From assembly GCA_963827275.1 (NCBI GenBank), contig CAWHAA010000005.1, forward strand, positions 640,001 through 704,000: a stretch of DNA of 64,000 bases. The letters are read 5' to 3'. Below the pieces are notes generated by a model. The model worked only from the letters and a program-made list of their open reading frames with translations, was not told where the DNA came from and did not search any database. Position 1 is the first letter of the stretch; each line of letters begins with the position of its first letter. Of the stretch, positions 42,129-51,425 are shown in pieces. A program made the position numbers and the translations under genes. The stretch comes from an uncultured Spirochaetota bacterium. Lineage in GTDB: Bacteria; Spirochaetota; UBA4802; UBA5550.

Positions 42129-42147
42129 GCGGCGCGGGGTGCCATCA

Positions 42148-42828
42148 ATGAAGGACAAAAATAAATTCCTGAAAACCCTGAAAGACGCGGGGATCTCCCA
42201 GGCGGTGATAAACGCCTTTGCCGATGTCGACAGGACGAAATTTTTCGATGCCATCTTCGCCGACCGCACCGCGTCGCCGGAGCCGATCCCCATCGGGGCG
42301 GGGCAAACCAGCGACGACGCCGTGATACTCGCCCGCATGATCGGGCACCTGTCGCTCAGGAAAAAGAGCCGCGTGCTCGAGGTGGGCACCGGCTCCGGAT
42401 ATTCAACCGCGGTGCTGACGCGGCTCGCCCACGAGGTGATCACCATCGAGTACTACGAGGACCTGGCGCGTACGGCCAAGTCACGCGTCATCGGCGAGGG
42501 ATTCTCGGGGGCGCGCTTCTTCGCCGGCGACGCCACCGACTTCGACGGCCCCCTTGGTGAATTCGACGCGGTGCTGGTGACCGCCGCCTGCGCGCGCACC
42601 CCTTACTTCCTCATTAACACCGTCAAGCCCGGCGGGATAGCGGTGTTCCCGATGGGGCCGGCCCACCAGCAGCAGATCACGCGTTTCACCAACAACCCGG
42701 ACGCCCGGATGCCGGGGGACAATTACCGTTTTCACGAGCTCTGCGCCTTCGATTCGATCCGGGGAGTATACGGATGGGTTGACACCGGGGACCTGCCGCC
42801 CGACCACGAGCCGGCCGAACGGCCGTAG
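42148..42828 (+). CDS. pcm: Protein-L-isoaspartate O-methyltransferase-like
   Basis: VDRTKF, IPIGAGQT, VLEVGTGSGY, FDAVLVTAA. Confidence 0.8.
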   Translation: MKDKNKFLKTLKDAGISQAVINAFADVDRTKFFDAIFADRTASPEPIPIGAGQTSDDAVILARMIGHLSLRKKSRVLEVGTGSGYSTAVLTRLAHEVITIEYYEDLARTAKSRVIGEGFSGARFFAGDATDFDGPLGEFDAVLVTAACARTPYFLINTVKPGGIAVFPMGPAHQQQITRFTNNPDARMPGDNYRFHELCAFDSIRGVYGWVDTGDLPPDHEPAERP

Positions 42829-42852
42829 CCATAATTCAAAAGAAGCGCAGCC

Positions 42853-43408
42853 ATGAAACGTTTCGCGACCATTGCCATAGCCATCGTCTTCCTGTCAGCC
42901 GCGGCGTTTGCGGACGCTGACGTGAAGGAAAAGGAAGCCCGCCTGGAAGAAGCGAAGAAAGAATTGCGTGAAGCGAAACGGGCCGGGCGGAGGCTGAAAG
43001 CCGGCGAGGGGAAAGCCCGCATCGAAGAGCACCGCGCGCTCAATAAAGCGGACCGGGAAAAGAAAAAAAACGATCGCGACAGGCAGCGCATGGAAAAGCT
43101 CGGGCAGCGGAGCGCGGTCACAACCGAGCGGCAGGCGCGAAGAAAAGATACGGGTGACAAGAGAAGGACTGGACCTTGCGGCAAAACGCGTAGCGCAGAA
43201 ACAGGCCATGGAAAGCAGAAGAGCGGCCTTTGAAAAGAGGCGCGCGGAAAAAAACGCGATGCGCGAAGAGAGAAACATGGCGAGAAAAAACGAAGCGACA
43301 GCCAAAAAGGCCGCCATGGAGCAAAAGAAAGCGGACCTGGAAAAAAAGAAAGCTGAAGAGGCAACGAAAAAAGCCGAAGCGGCGAAAAATACGACGGAAA
43401 AAAACTGA
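42853..43408 (+). CDS. Secreted Lys/Glu/Ala-rich coiled-coil protein, apparently frameshifted
   Basis: Signal peptide MKRFATIAIAIVFLSAAAFA; charged helical sequence continues in a second frame to 43408. Confidence 0.55.
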
Positions 43409-43414
43409 ACGCCG

Positions 43415-44074
43415 ATGGACCTCACCGCGGTATTATTCGATCTTGACGGCACGCTCCTGGATACCCTGGAGGACCTTGCCTCTTCCATGAACGCGGCGCT
43501 TGAAAAAAACGGGTTCCCCCGGCACCCGGTCGATCGATACCGGCACTTTGTCGGCGCCGGAATGCGCGAGCTGGCCCGGCGGGCCCTGCCGCCCGGCACG
43601 GACGAAGGGACCCTGCTGCGGCTGATAAACGGCATGCGCGACGAATACTCGCGCAGGTGGGCAGACGCCACAAAACTTTACCCCGGCGTGAGCGCCATGC
43701 TCGACGCCCTGAGGGGCAAGGGCATCCGCTGTTCGGTACTCTCCAACAAGTCAGACGATTTCACGCTGATGCTCTGCCATCGCTTCCTGGATAAATGGAA
43801 TTTCGAGATACTGCGGGGCGCAACGGAAACGGTCCCGAAAAAGCCCGACCCCACGGCCGCCCTCATGATCGCCGGGAGCATGGGGATCGACCCAGCGCGC
43901 TTCGCGTGTCTGGGCGACACCGGAAGCGATATGGCCATGGCGATCGCCGCCGGCATGTATCCCGCAGGCGCCCTCTGGGGGTTCCGCGACGCCGGGGAGC
44001 TGACCGCGGCAGGCGCCAGGGTGCTGCTGGAGCGGCCGGAGGACTTTCTGGGTCTTTTTGATGTCAAAATTTAG
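43415..44074 (+). CDS. HAD hydrolase (phosphoglycolate phosphatase-like)
   Basis: FDLDGTLLDT, LSNK, KKPDP, GDTGSD, WGFR. Confidence 0.9.
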   Translation: MDLTAVLFDLDGTLLDTLEDLASSMNAALEKNGFPRHPVDRYRHFVGAGMRELARRALPPGTDEGTLLRLINGMRDEYSRRWADATKLYPGVSAMLDALRGKGIRCSVLSNKSDDFTLMLCHRFLDKWNFEILRGATETVPKKPDPTAALMIAGSMGIDPARFACLGDTGSDMAMAIAAGMYPAGALWGFRDAGELTAAGARVLLERPEDFLGLFDVKI

Positions 44075-44234
44075 GGGTCAGAGTAAGGTTTTACCGATAA
44101 CTATCGGTCAATAGGGGGGATCAGAGCAACATTCCACCGATAACTATCGGTCAAGAGGGGGGTCAGAGCAACATTCCACCGATAACTATCGGTCAAGAGG
44201 GGGGTCAGAGCAACATTCCACCGATAACTATCGG
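44074..44234 (+). repeat. Tandem array of four ~42-bp units (GGGGTCAGAG-linker-ACCGATAACTATCGG)
   Basis: Palindrome starts at 44093, 44136, 44178, 44220; fills the gap between two convergent stop codons. Confidence 0.95.
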
Positions 44235-44236
44235 CC

Positions 44237-47200
44237 CTACCCCACCCGACGAACAGAAACAATCGTCACATCATCCATAACTTTCTTTCCCCCGCCGGCA
44301 AACCGCTGAACAAGCTTTTCCCCCGCCTCATCGAGCCCGGTCCCGGGATAGACGGCGGCAAGCGCATCCGCGATCAGCTCAAATTCATCCGCTCCGTCCG
44401 ACTTTGCCGCAGCCAATTCCGCGAGGCCGTCGGTATAGAGGAACAGGGTATCGCCCTGCTTGAATGAATGGGTCTCTTCCTTGTAATTGATCTTATTCGA
44501 AAGCCCGACAATGGGGTTCCGGGGATTGACCACTACCACCTCGCTCCCCTTGAGCAGGAACTGCGCCGGGACTCCTGCCGTAGAGATGATGATTACAGAC
44601 GACGCGAGGTCGATGTCCGCGACAACACCGGTGAACACGAGCTGGGACTGGCCGCCCTGGTGGGTAAAGCGCTGGTTAAGAAAATTAATGATCTCCGCCG
44701 GTGAGCCCAGCGCCCCCTTGACCGCGGCGTATTCCGACAGTATCTTCACCGTGTTCAGCGACGCGTTGATGCCGTGGCCGGTAGCGTCGGCGATGAAGGC
44801 GCGGACCACGCCAGGCCGCAGCTCGAAGATATCATAAACGTCTCCGCCAATATCGAGGAGCGGCCGGTAGAGGACGCCCGTTTCAAAGCCCGCGATAGCT
44901 TCCTGGCGCGTCATGAGCTTCTGCTGGAAAGCCCTGGCGATCAGCAGGTCATCCTGGATGATTTTTTCCCACTCGTGCATCTGTATCGCCGATTCCTTTA
45001 TGTCCATGCTCCGCTGGAAGAGGCCGGTTATGGCGTCCTTCTCCTTGCGGAGCCCGTTGATGACGGATTGTTCCATCTCGAGCATCTGCTTGATGGCGAG
45101 CTGGTTCTCGATGCGCAGCATGAGCTCGTGCCGCTTGAAGGGCTTGGTGATGTAGTCATTGGCCCCGGTCCTGAACCCCCGCGCCATGTGCCCGGCCTGG
45201 TCGAGCGCGGTGAGCATGATGACCGGGATGGCGCTGCCTTTCTCCGACTGGCGCATCTTCTCGCACACCTCGTATCCGCTCATGCCGGGGAGCATGAGGT
45301 CGAGGAGCACCAGGTCGACGTCCCGGCGCTCAATGATGTCCAGCGCGGCGGGGCCGGTCGCGGTCGTGATGAGCCGGTGGCCGCACGACGAACAGAGGTT
45401 TTCAAGGATCTTCAGGCCCACCGGGTCGTCGTCAACCGCGAGGATCGTGGCCTTTGCCACGGAGGGGTTCACCGTGATATTAAATTCGATAGCGTCAGGC
45501 TTCGCCGCTTGAAGGCCGGACACGTCGCCTGCCACTGCACGGCCCCCGTATGTTTTCATGGTGATACCCGCCCCCGGCGGTTCTGACGGAAGCTCGAAGG
45601 TGAACACGCTCCCTGTCCCCTTTTCGCTTTCGGCCCATATCGCGCCCCCGTGGAGCTCCACCAGGTGCTTCGTGATGGCAAGTCCCAGCCCCGTGCCGTC
45701 CGCGGTCCGCTTCTCCGCGGCTTCCGCCTGTGTGAACGGGCTCCAGATCCTGGCCATGTCCTCATCCCCGATGCCGATGCCGGTGTCCGCCACGGACACG
45801 CGCACCCCGCCCTTGTCCGCGGCCCCGGCCTTCACCGTGATGCTCCCCCTCTCGGTGAACTTGATCGCGTTGCCCAGGAGGTTCAGCATCACCTGGTATG
45901 TCCTGTTGCGGTCCGCCTTGATCCTCGGGACCTCGCCGATCTCGGCGGTGAGTGCGATATTCTTTTCCCTCGCCACAGGCTGCATGAGCGAGACCGCGGA
46001 ATTGATGATGTCGCCGAGCGACAGCTCCTCGATGTACAGGTCGGCCCTGCCGGCGCGGAGTTTGCTGAAGTCAAGTATGGAGGTCACGAGGTCATTGAGC
46101 CGTGAAGCGCTGGAGATAATGAGGTCCAGGTTTTCTTTCTGCCTGGCGTTAGTCCCGCCCATGGACCCGTCAGAAAGCGACTCGGCGATGCCGATGATTC
46201 CGTGAAGGGGCGTGCGCAGCTCGTGCGTGGTGGTGGCCAGGAAGTCGTCTTTCATCTGGTCAACAACAAGGAGGTCGGCATGGGCTTTTTCAAGATCGGT
46301 ATGCACCTGCGAAAAACGAACCGCGAGAGTTGATGCGAAAATTATTATCATCACGAAGAAGCCTTCTGAAACAGGGGGATGCAATTTGGTAATTTCCAGA
46401 AATGAAAAAATACTTATCAAATAGGTTAATGACAAGGCAAAAGTTCCTGAAAAAATCCTTAAGGAATATGGCCTGCTTCTCAGTTTCCCCAAAACACATA
46501 TAACATCACCATAAAAAACAACAAGCAAGGCTGATATAATAAATATTTTGAATATATATTTATTATAGAATACGATATGATGTGTAACAACCAGCTCAAT
46601 ACAAATGACAGCAATCAATGAGGATAGGACAGCCTGCATTATATGTGTAAAAATGTTGTATGGTATTTTTAAAAAGGAATGTATAAAATTGATATAACAA
46701 ATGCATATCACGATGGCACAAATATATGTGCTGATTATGTACACAAGATGATTATCAAATATATAAAAATTTAATCCGTGGAATCCAAAAGACCAAAGCC
46801 CAAACGCCAACGACAATAGTGAAAAATGCAGATAATATTTTTCTTTTCTATAAAAATAAAAGAACAAGAAGTATATTGTGATAAATAAATTGACTGCCGT
46901 AAGTATAGTATACCATACAACATGCCGTATAAAATAATTAAATATTAGATTAGATGGTCCAATTTTGATCGGATAGACAAATCCAGATTTATTATCGATT
47001 GTCCCGGTCTTAATTGCCAGGATATTCTCCCCCGATTTCAGTAGTTCATTCGGAATTTTTACTATTGTCGGCTTGCCGATTCGATGCGACAGTTCCTTCT
47101 CATTTCTGAAATCTCTTGATTCATAAAATCTATTGCCGTTCAAATATAACCGGACTCCACAATAATGAAGCGGCATATACAATGATAAATTATTAATTTT

Positions 47201-47485
47201 ATCATCAATTACAAGATTAATACGGAACCAGGCAAAGCCGGTATGATTTCGATATTTCTTAATATCCAGCCAGGATACATGAGGATATTGTAAGTCATAT
47301 TGTTCGGGTTTTATTTTAAGGCTGGAACAATCAGTTTCGCTGTCCGGGATAAAAACCCATTTGTCGTTAAAGCTGTAAATTATTTCTTTGTTAATAAAGA
47401 TGGAAGGTTCATTCGCGAATGCGTGATTGCTGCCAATCAAAAAAAAAATTATATATATTAGAAACTCTTTACGAATGCCGAGCAT
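44237..47485 (-). CDS. Membrane hybrid sensor: extracellular jelly-roll domain, multi-TM, HisKA-HATPase, REC, SpoIIE/PP2C phosphatase
   Basis: GFAWFR..LYLNG..GENILAI; TM bundle; THELRTPL, NLLGNAIKFT, DTGIG, GTGLGL; VDDD..LDLMLPG..TKPF; GGDVYD, ADATGHG, YTDG, DDVT. Confidence 0.92.
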   Translation of the reverse strand: MLGIRKEFLIYIIFFLIGSNHAFANEPSIFINKEIIYSFNDKWVFIPDSETDCSSLKIKPEQYDLQYPHVSWLDIKKYRNHTGFAWFRINLVIDDKINNLSLYMPLHYCGVRLYLNGNRFYESRDFRNEKELSHRIGKPTIVKIPNELLKSGENILAIKTGTIDNKSGFVYPIKIGPSNLIFNYFIRHVVWYTILTAVNLFITIYFLFFYFYRKEKYYLHFSLLSLAFGLWSFGFHGLNFYIFDNHLVYIISTYICAIVICICYINFIHSFLKIPYNIFTHIMQAVLSSLIAVICIELVVTHHIVFYNKYIFKIFIISALLVVFYGDVICVLGKLRSRPYSLRIFSGTFALSLTYLISIFSFLEITKLHPPVSEGFFVMIIIFASTLAVRFSQVHTDLEKAHADLLVVDQMKDDFLATTTHELRTPLHGIIGIAESLSDGSMGGTNARQKENLDLIISSASRLNDLVTSILDFSKLRAGRADLYIEELSLGDIINSAVSLMQPVAREKNIALTAEIGEVPRIKADRNRTYQVMLNLLGNAIKFTERGSITVKAGAADKGGVRVSVADTGIGIGDEDMARIWSPFTQAEAAEKRTADGTGLGLAITKHLVELHGGAIWAESEKGTGSVFTFELPSEPPGAGITMKTYGGRAVAGDVSGLQAAKPDAIEFNITVNPSVAKATILAVDDDPVGLKILENLCSSCGHRLITTATGPAALDIIERRDVDLVLLDLMLPGMSGYEVCEKMRQSEKGSAIPVIMLTALDQAGHMARGFRTGANDYITKPFKRHELMLRIENQLAIKQMLEMEQSVINGLRKEKDAITGLFQRSMDIKESAIQMHEWEKIIQDDLLIARAFQQKLMTRQEAIAGFETGVLYRPLLDIGGDVYDIFELRPGVVRAFIADATGHGINASLNTVKILSEYAAVKGALGSPAEIINFLNQRFTHQGGQSQLVFTGVVADIDLASSVIIISTAGVPAQFLLKGSEVVVVNPRNPIVGLSNKINYKEETHSFKQGDTLFLYTDGLAELAAAKSDGADEFELIADALAAVYPGTGLDEAGEKLVQRFAGGGKKVMDDVTIVSVRRVG

Positions 47486-47511
47486 ATGTTTTTCTTGTTG
47501 TAAAATTTTGG

Positions 47512-47736
47512 TTAATATTTAACATTATTATTGATCACATTGTCACTGAAATCTTTGAAATTATCCTTTTTTTCTATAAGCGCCTGACAATCCTGCAGGC
47601 TAACATCATACCCTTTATTTTTAAACCATTGCTGGAGAGTATTTTTATCGGTGCCATCTATTAACAAATCAATTAATTCTTTACCGACCACCTGATCATT
47701 TGCTTTATCAGCTATGAAATCAATGAAATCAGACAT
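47512..47736 (-). CDS. 74-aa Nif11-like small protein, putative RiPP/signal precursor ending ...NNNVKY
   Basis: GGAGG RBS; FIDFI..D....KEL..WFKNKGYDVS..D pattern resembling Nif11-type leaders; adjacent to radical SAM genes; 26 bp upstream of the sensor gene. Confidence 0.65.
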   Translation of the reverse strand: MSDFIDFIADKANDQVVGKELIDLLIDGTDKNTLQQWFKNKGYDVSLQDCQALIEKKDNFKDFSDNVINNNVKY

Positions 47737-47757
47737 ATTTACCTCCAAAATTAAATA

Positions 47758-47785
47758 ATCGTAGCGGGAATACTATAAATGTCAA
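47758..47785 (-). promoter_or_regulatory. Sigma70-like promoter for the peptide-sensor transcript
   Basis: Minus strand TTGACA-16 nt-TACGAT just upstream of the RBS. Confidence 0.6.
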
Positions 47786-47837
47786 TAAAAATATATGCAC
47801 AAAAACAATTTGTAGATCAATAATACTATTGATATCG

Positions 47838-49424
47838 ATGAAAGCAATGTCACATAACAGGATATCCATCGTATCTTTGGGTAATACTCGCAAAGAATAT
47901 CCATTTTTCATGAATTGGCTTTATCTAACAAGCCCGGGAATTCATTATTTAAGAACCGCCCTCGAATTGAATGGTATAAAAGCAGTTCTTATTGATAAAG
48001 TAGACAAAAATCTTACAACAGATGAAATAATCAAAATTTTACAGAATATAAATCCTGAAATAATACTTTTCAACCAGTTTTACTCAACCAGAGAAGAAAT
48101 TAAGCAGATTTGCATATCGTTCCCCAAAAATGCGATTCGCGGTATCGGCGGTCATGATGCCACCTTCCATTCCATGTCGTTATCAGAAAATGAATTTTCC
48201 CGGCAGTATTCCCATGCGGATTTCGTTTGGCAGGGGGAAATTGAAAATGGCTTTGCTTCTTTTATCCGAAATTTTCAAAAAAAGGATAGTCCGGTTTGCG
48301 TCAATAACATCAACAACAGAGTGCAAGATTTGGATGACCTGCCTGTGCTGAAACATGACGATTACATAAGTGAGTTGGCATTTCTGGTCACTTCCCGAGG
48401 ATGCATGTCTGGTGGCTGCGATTTTTGCACCACGCCAAACTTCTATCATGATGGATGGCGGCCAAGGAGTGTCGCGCATGTTTCACATGAATTGCGCAAC
48501 ATAAAAGCATCAGGGCGGTTTCATATAAACATAACCGATGATAATTTCCTCGGCTTGGGCAAAAAAGATCTTATGAGAGGCGTCGATATTATTCGCCGTT
48601 GCAGCGAGGACGGTTTAAAACTTTTTATAATGACCTCCGTAGAGCAGATTGTGAAAGCCGACAGGCTGGACCTTCTACAAGAATTCAAAGGCACTGTTAT
48701 CAAGGTATTTCTCGGCGTTGAGAACTTTAATCCTTCAGCTTTGAGAAAACTAGGGAAGAAGGTTGATCCAGGGAATCATACATATAATAGCCTTCGTGCG
48801 CTGAACGCACTCTATGACAATGGGATATCACCTCATCTTGGCTATATAAATTTCAATCCAGAAACATCATGTGACGAACTTGAGCACAGCGCACATTTTC
48901 TCCATCAGTACAATCATGAAGCGTCGCTATTCAATTATTTTTATACTAAAATGGGGATATTCGAGGGAACAAAACATCACGAGAGATATGCAGGGAGAAA
49001 AGATTCCATCGATTTTTATGATGGAAACTATTCATACGAATTCCATGATCGGAACACGGCAGCTGTGTTCGCACTGCTCACCATGGTGCTTGATCATACA
49101 CGCCTGGTCGATTTTCTCCATTTCGAAGCAACACATTTGCTCTATATGAACCAGCTCACTGGAACCTCGGCCGGGAAAAAATATCTTGAATTGAAAAAAA
49201 GATCAAGTGAACAAAACTACGAGTTTTTTATCAACGTTTTAGAGATCAGCCGCAAGAGAGGGTCTCTGAATGTCATCCTCGATTTAATTGATGATTATAA
49301 AAGAAAGACAAGAAGATTGATCCCGGATTATAAAAAATTAATTCAACAGATCGCTGGCATTTCTTCTTATATTCTCAAGGAGCCGCTTGCATACATGGAT
49401 AAGATCGATGCAAACGAACCATAG
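47838..49424 (+). CDS. Cobalamin-binding radical SAM enzyme
   Basis: N-terminal B12-binding region (PGIHYLRTAL..GGHDAT..GEIE), TSRGCMSGGCDFC (CX4CX2C), WRPRS, ITDDNF, LGVEN; AT-rich. Confidence 0.88.
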   Translation: MKAMSHNRISIVSLGNTRKEYPFFMNWLYLTSPGIHYLRTALELNGIKAVLIDKVDKNLTTDEIIKILQNINPEIILFNQFYSTREEIKQICISFPKNAIRGIGGHDATFHSMSLSENEFSRQYSHADFVWQGEIENGFASFIRNFQKKDSPVCVNNINNRVQDLDDLPVLKHDDYISELAFLVTSRGCMSGGCDFCTTPNFYHDGWRPRSVAHVSHELRNIKASGRFHINITDDNFLGLGKKDLMRGVDIIRRCSEDGLKLFIMTSVEQIVKADRLDLLQEFKGTVIKVFLGVENFNPSALRKLGKKVDPGNHTYNSLRALNALYDNGISPHLGYINFNPETSCDELEHSAHFLHQYNHEASLFNYFYTKMGIFEGTKHHERYAGRKDSIDFYDGNYSYEFHDRNTAAVFALLTMVLDHTRLVDFLHFEATHLLYMNQLTGTSAGKKYLELKKRSSEQNYEFFINVLEISRKRGSLNVILDLIDDYKRKTRRLIPDYKKLIQQIAGISSYILKEPLAYMDKIDANEP

Positions 49425-49496
49425 CAATAAGAGAGTTTTCAAGCCGTTATAAATCAATTGATATTTGATTATATTATTCTAAAACGGAAAAGATAT

Positions 49497-50324
49497 ATGA
49501 AAAAATCGATGCAATACTATGAAGATAATTACGAAGATTATTTTAATGGTTGGTCAAAAGATCACATCCATTATGGATTCTGGTTTGATGATACCGGGTC
49601 CCATGAAGAATCACTTGAGAACCATACCCGAGAAGTGATAAAGCATTTGAATATCCAACCGGGAAACCGTGTTTTAGATGCAGGGTGCGGCTCAGGTGGT
49701 TCCAGCAGATATATTGTTGAAAACTTTGCGGTAGAAACTGTTGGGGTAATGCTCTCGCCGACACTCCTCAAGGCGGCCACTGAATTGTCAAAAAACCTCC
49801 CGAACAGTCACATGCTGAGGTTTTATAATCAAGATTACACAAATTCTGACTTTCAAGATGCATCTTTTGACCGCATATTTTCGATTGAAAGCGTATGCCA
49901 GGAACCGGCAAAAGATAAATTTATTTCAGAAGCATACCGCCTGCTGCGTCCTCAAGGCCGTCTGGTGGTCGCCGATTTCTTTCTTCTTCGAAACAACTTG
50001 AATGAAAAAGAATTACGCAGTTACCGGGAATGGTGCAATGGATGGTTCATTCCCGATCTTGCAACAACGGATGAATTCCGTGAAATGCTTACACGGCAGG
50101 GGTTTGTAAATATTGAATATCATGACAAGACAAATCTCCTGAAAAAAAGCGGCAAAATGATGCATGATGCGGCAAAAGAACGACTCCCGGAAGTATATCT
50201 TCAGTATAATCGCGGAAATCTGCCGCAATCCAGGCTTGCGCATGTCATTGCCACATACCGGCAATGGGAATGCATCGAGTGGAAAATATGGTGCTTTGGC
50301 ATGTTTGTGGCGGATAAATTATAA
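49497..50324 (+). CDS. SAM-dependent methyltransferase (gamma-tocopherol/sterol MT-like)
   Basis: HIHYGFW, VLDAGCGSGG, FDRIFSIES, YRLLRPQGRLVVADF; AT-rich. Confidence 0.88.
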   Translation: MKKSMQYYEDNYEDYFNGWSKDHIHYGFWFDDTGSHEESLENHTREVIKHLNIQPGNRVLDAGCGSGGSSRYIVENFAVETVGVMLSPTLLKAATELSKNLPNSHMLRFYNQDYTNSDFQDASFDRIFSIESVCQEPAKDKFISEAYRLLRPQGRLVVADFFLLRNNLNEKELRSYREWCNGWFIPDLATTDEFREMLTRQGFVNIEYHDKTNLLKKSGKMMHDAAKERLPEVYLQYNRGNLPQSRLAHVIATYRQWECIEWKIWCFGMFVADKL

Positions 50325-50443
50325 CTCTTCCGCTTAGTTTCTGACAAGACAGAGTCAACTCTAATAACACGATTTTAGCTTGACGATGCTGCTGGCATCT
50401 ATATGCTCCTATTGATAATCGCTGATCTTTTTCAACAGCAATC

Positions 50444-51424
50444 ATGAGTATTAAAACACAAATCTTCCAAACATGCTCGTCCATTAGATTCGACACCGTG
50501 CCGATAGTCGATACCGACATGTATCGCAGCCTGAACGAACAGCTTATGCTGTTATGCCGCTCCCTTCCCCGGAGCATGCAGGCGGAGGCAATGATGTTCC
50601 TGATGGAATATTTCCGGCTCCAGGTGGGGGAGCCCCTCGACTTCTTCAGGCACTATTACGCGCCCGCCTGGTCCGCGTTATACTGGATTGCGGGAGCTCC
50701 CCGCTCCGCCGCGGGCTTTTCCGATACTGACCTGGATGCCGCGCTCTGCGGCCAGGCCATGGCCATGCTGCTCCATTCCCTTGACGACCATCTGGTGGAC
50801 GGGGGCATCCCCGTGTCGCACCTCGCGCTCCTGGTGCGGTCGCAAGCATGGCGCCGCATGAGCGGGGCCACTGACCGCTTCTGCGCCGGCCTCGCGGGCG
50901 GGAGCGACATCGCCGCGGCCCTCATCGACAATTATTACAGCGGCATAACAGAGCGCGATGCGCCGTCATCGCTCGACGCCTACTGCGACCTCTTTCGCCG
51001 GCAGATGGCCACCTGGGTGGTCATGCCGGTCCTGGCCGCGCTGAAGACCGGCGGCGATGACGCGTTCGTCGCGGGGGTGCGGAGCGCGTACGAGTCCTTC
51101 GGCATCGCCTGGCGGCTCCTCGACGACCTCCAGGACCTGGAATCGGACATGGCTGACGGCACCAGGAGCGCCGTGTATGTCTGCATGGACGACAACGGCC
51201 GCCGCCTGTGGGACTCGGTCAGAGCGGGCGGAAAGCGATCAGCGGGCACAACAGCGGACAGGCTATGCGCGCAGATACAGGGCGCATCAATCACTGAAAC
51301 AATCGCCCGCCGGATTGTGGGCGAGCTCGACAATGCCTCGTCCATTGCCGACCGGCTGGAACTGCCCGGCCTCGCCGGTGAATTCAGGGCCCTCGCAGGG
51401 CCGATAGCTGAACGGCAGGCCTGA
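50444..51424 (+). CDS. Class I isoprenoid-synthase-fold protein (prenyltransferase/terpene synthase-like); start uncertain
   Basis: All-helical; Asp-rich motifs HSLDDHLVD and FGIAWRLLDDLQDLESDMADG. Confidence 0.75.
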   Translation: MSIKTQIFQTCSSIRFDTVPIVDTDMYRSLNEQLMLLCRSLPRSMQAEAMMFLMEYFRLQVGEPLDFFRHYYAPAWSALYWIAGAPRSAAGFSDTDLDAALCGQAMAMLLHSLDDHLVDGGIPVSHLALLVRSQAWRRMSGATDRFCAGLAGGSDIAAALIDNYYSGITERDAPSSLDAYCDLFRRQMATWVVMPVLAALKTGGDDAFVAGVRSAYESFGIAWRLLDDLQDLESDMADGTRSAVYVCMDDNGRRLWDSVRAGGKRSAGTTADRLCAQIQGASITETIARRIVGELDNASSIADRLELPGLAGEFRALAGPIAERQA

Positions 51425-51425
51425 C

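Noticed and set aside
44074..44234. CRISPR array
   Set aside because: Units are near-identical tandem copies with only short linkers, there are no unique 30-40-nt spacers, and no cas genes are in the window. The same applies to 52418-52613.
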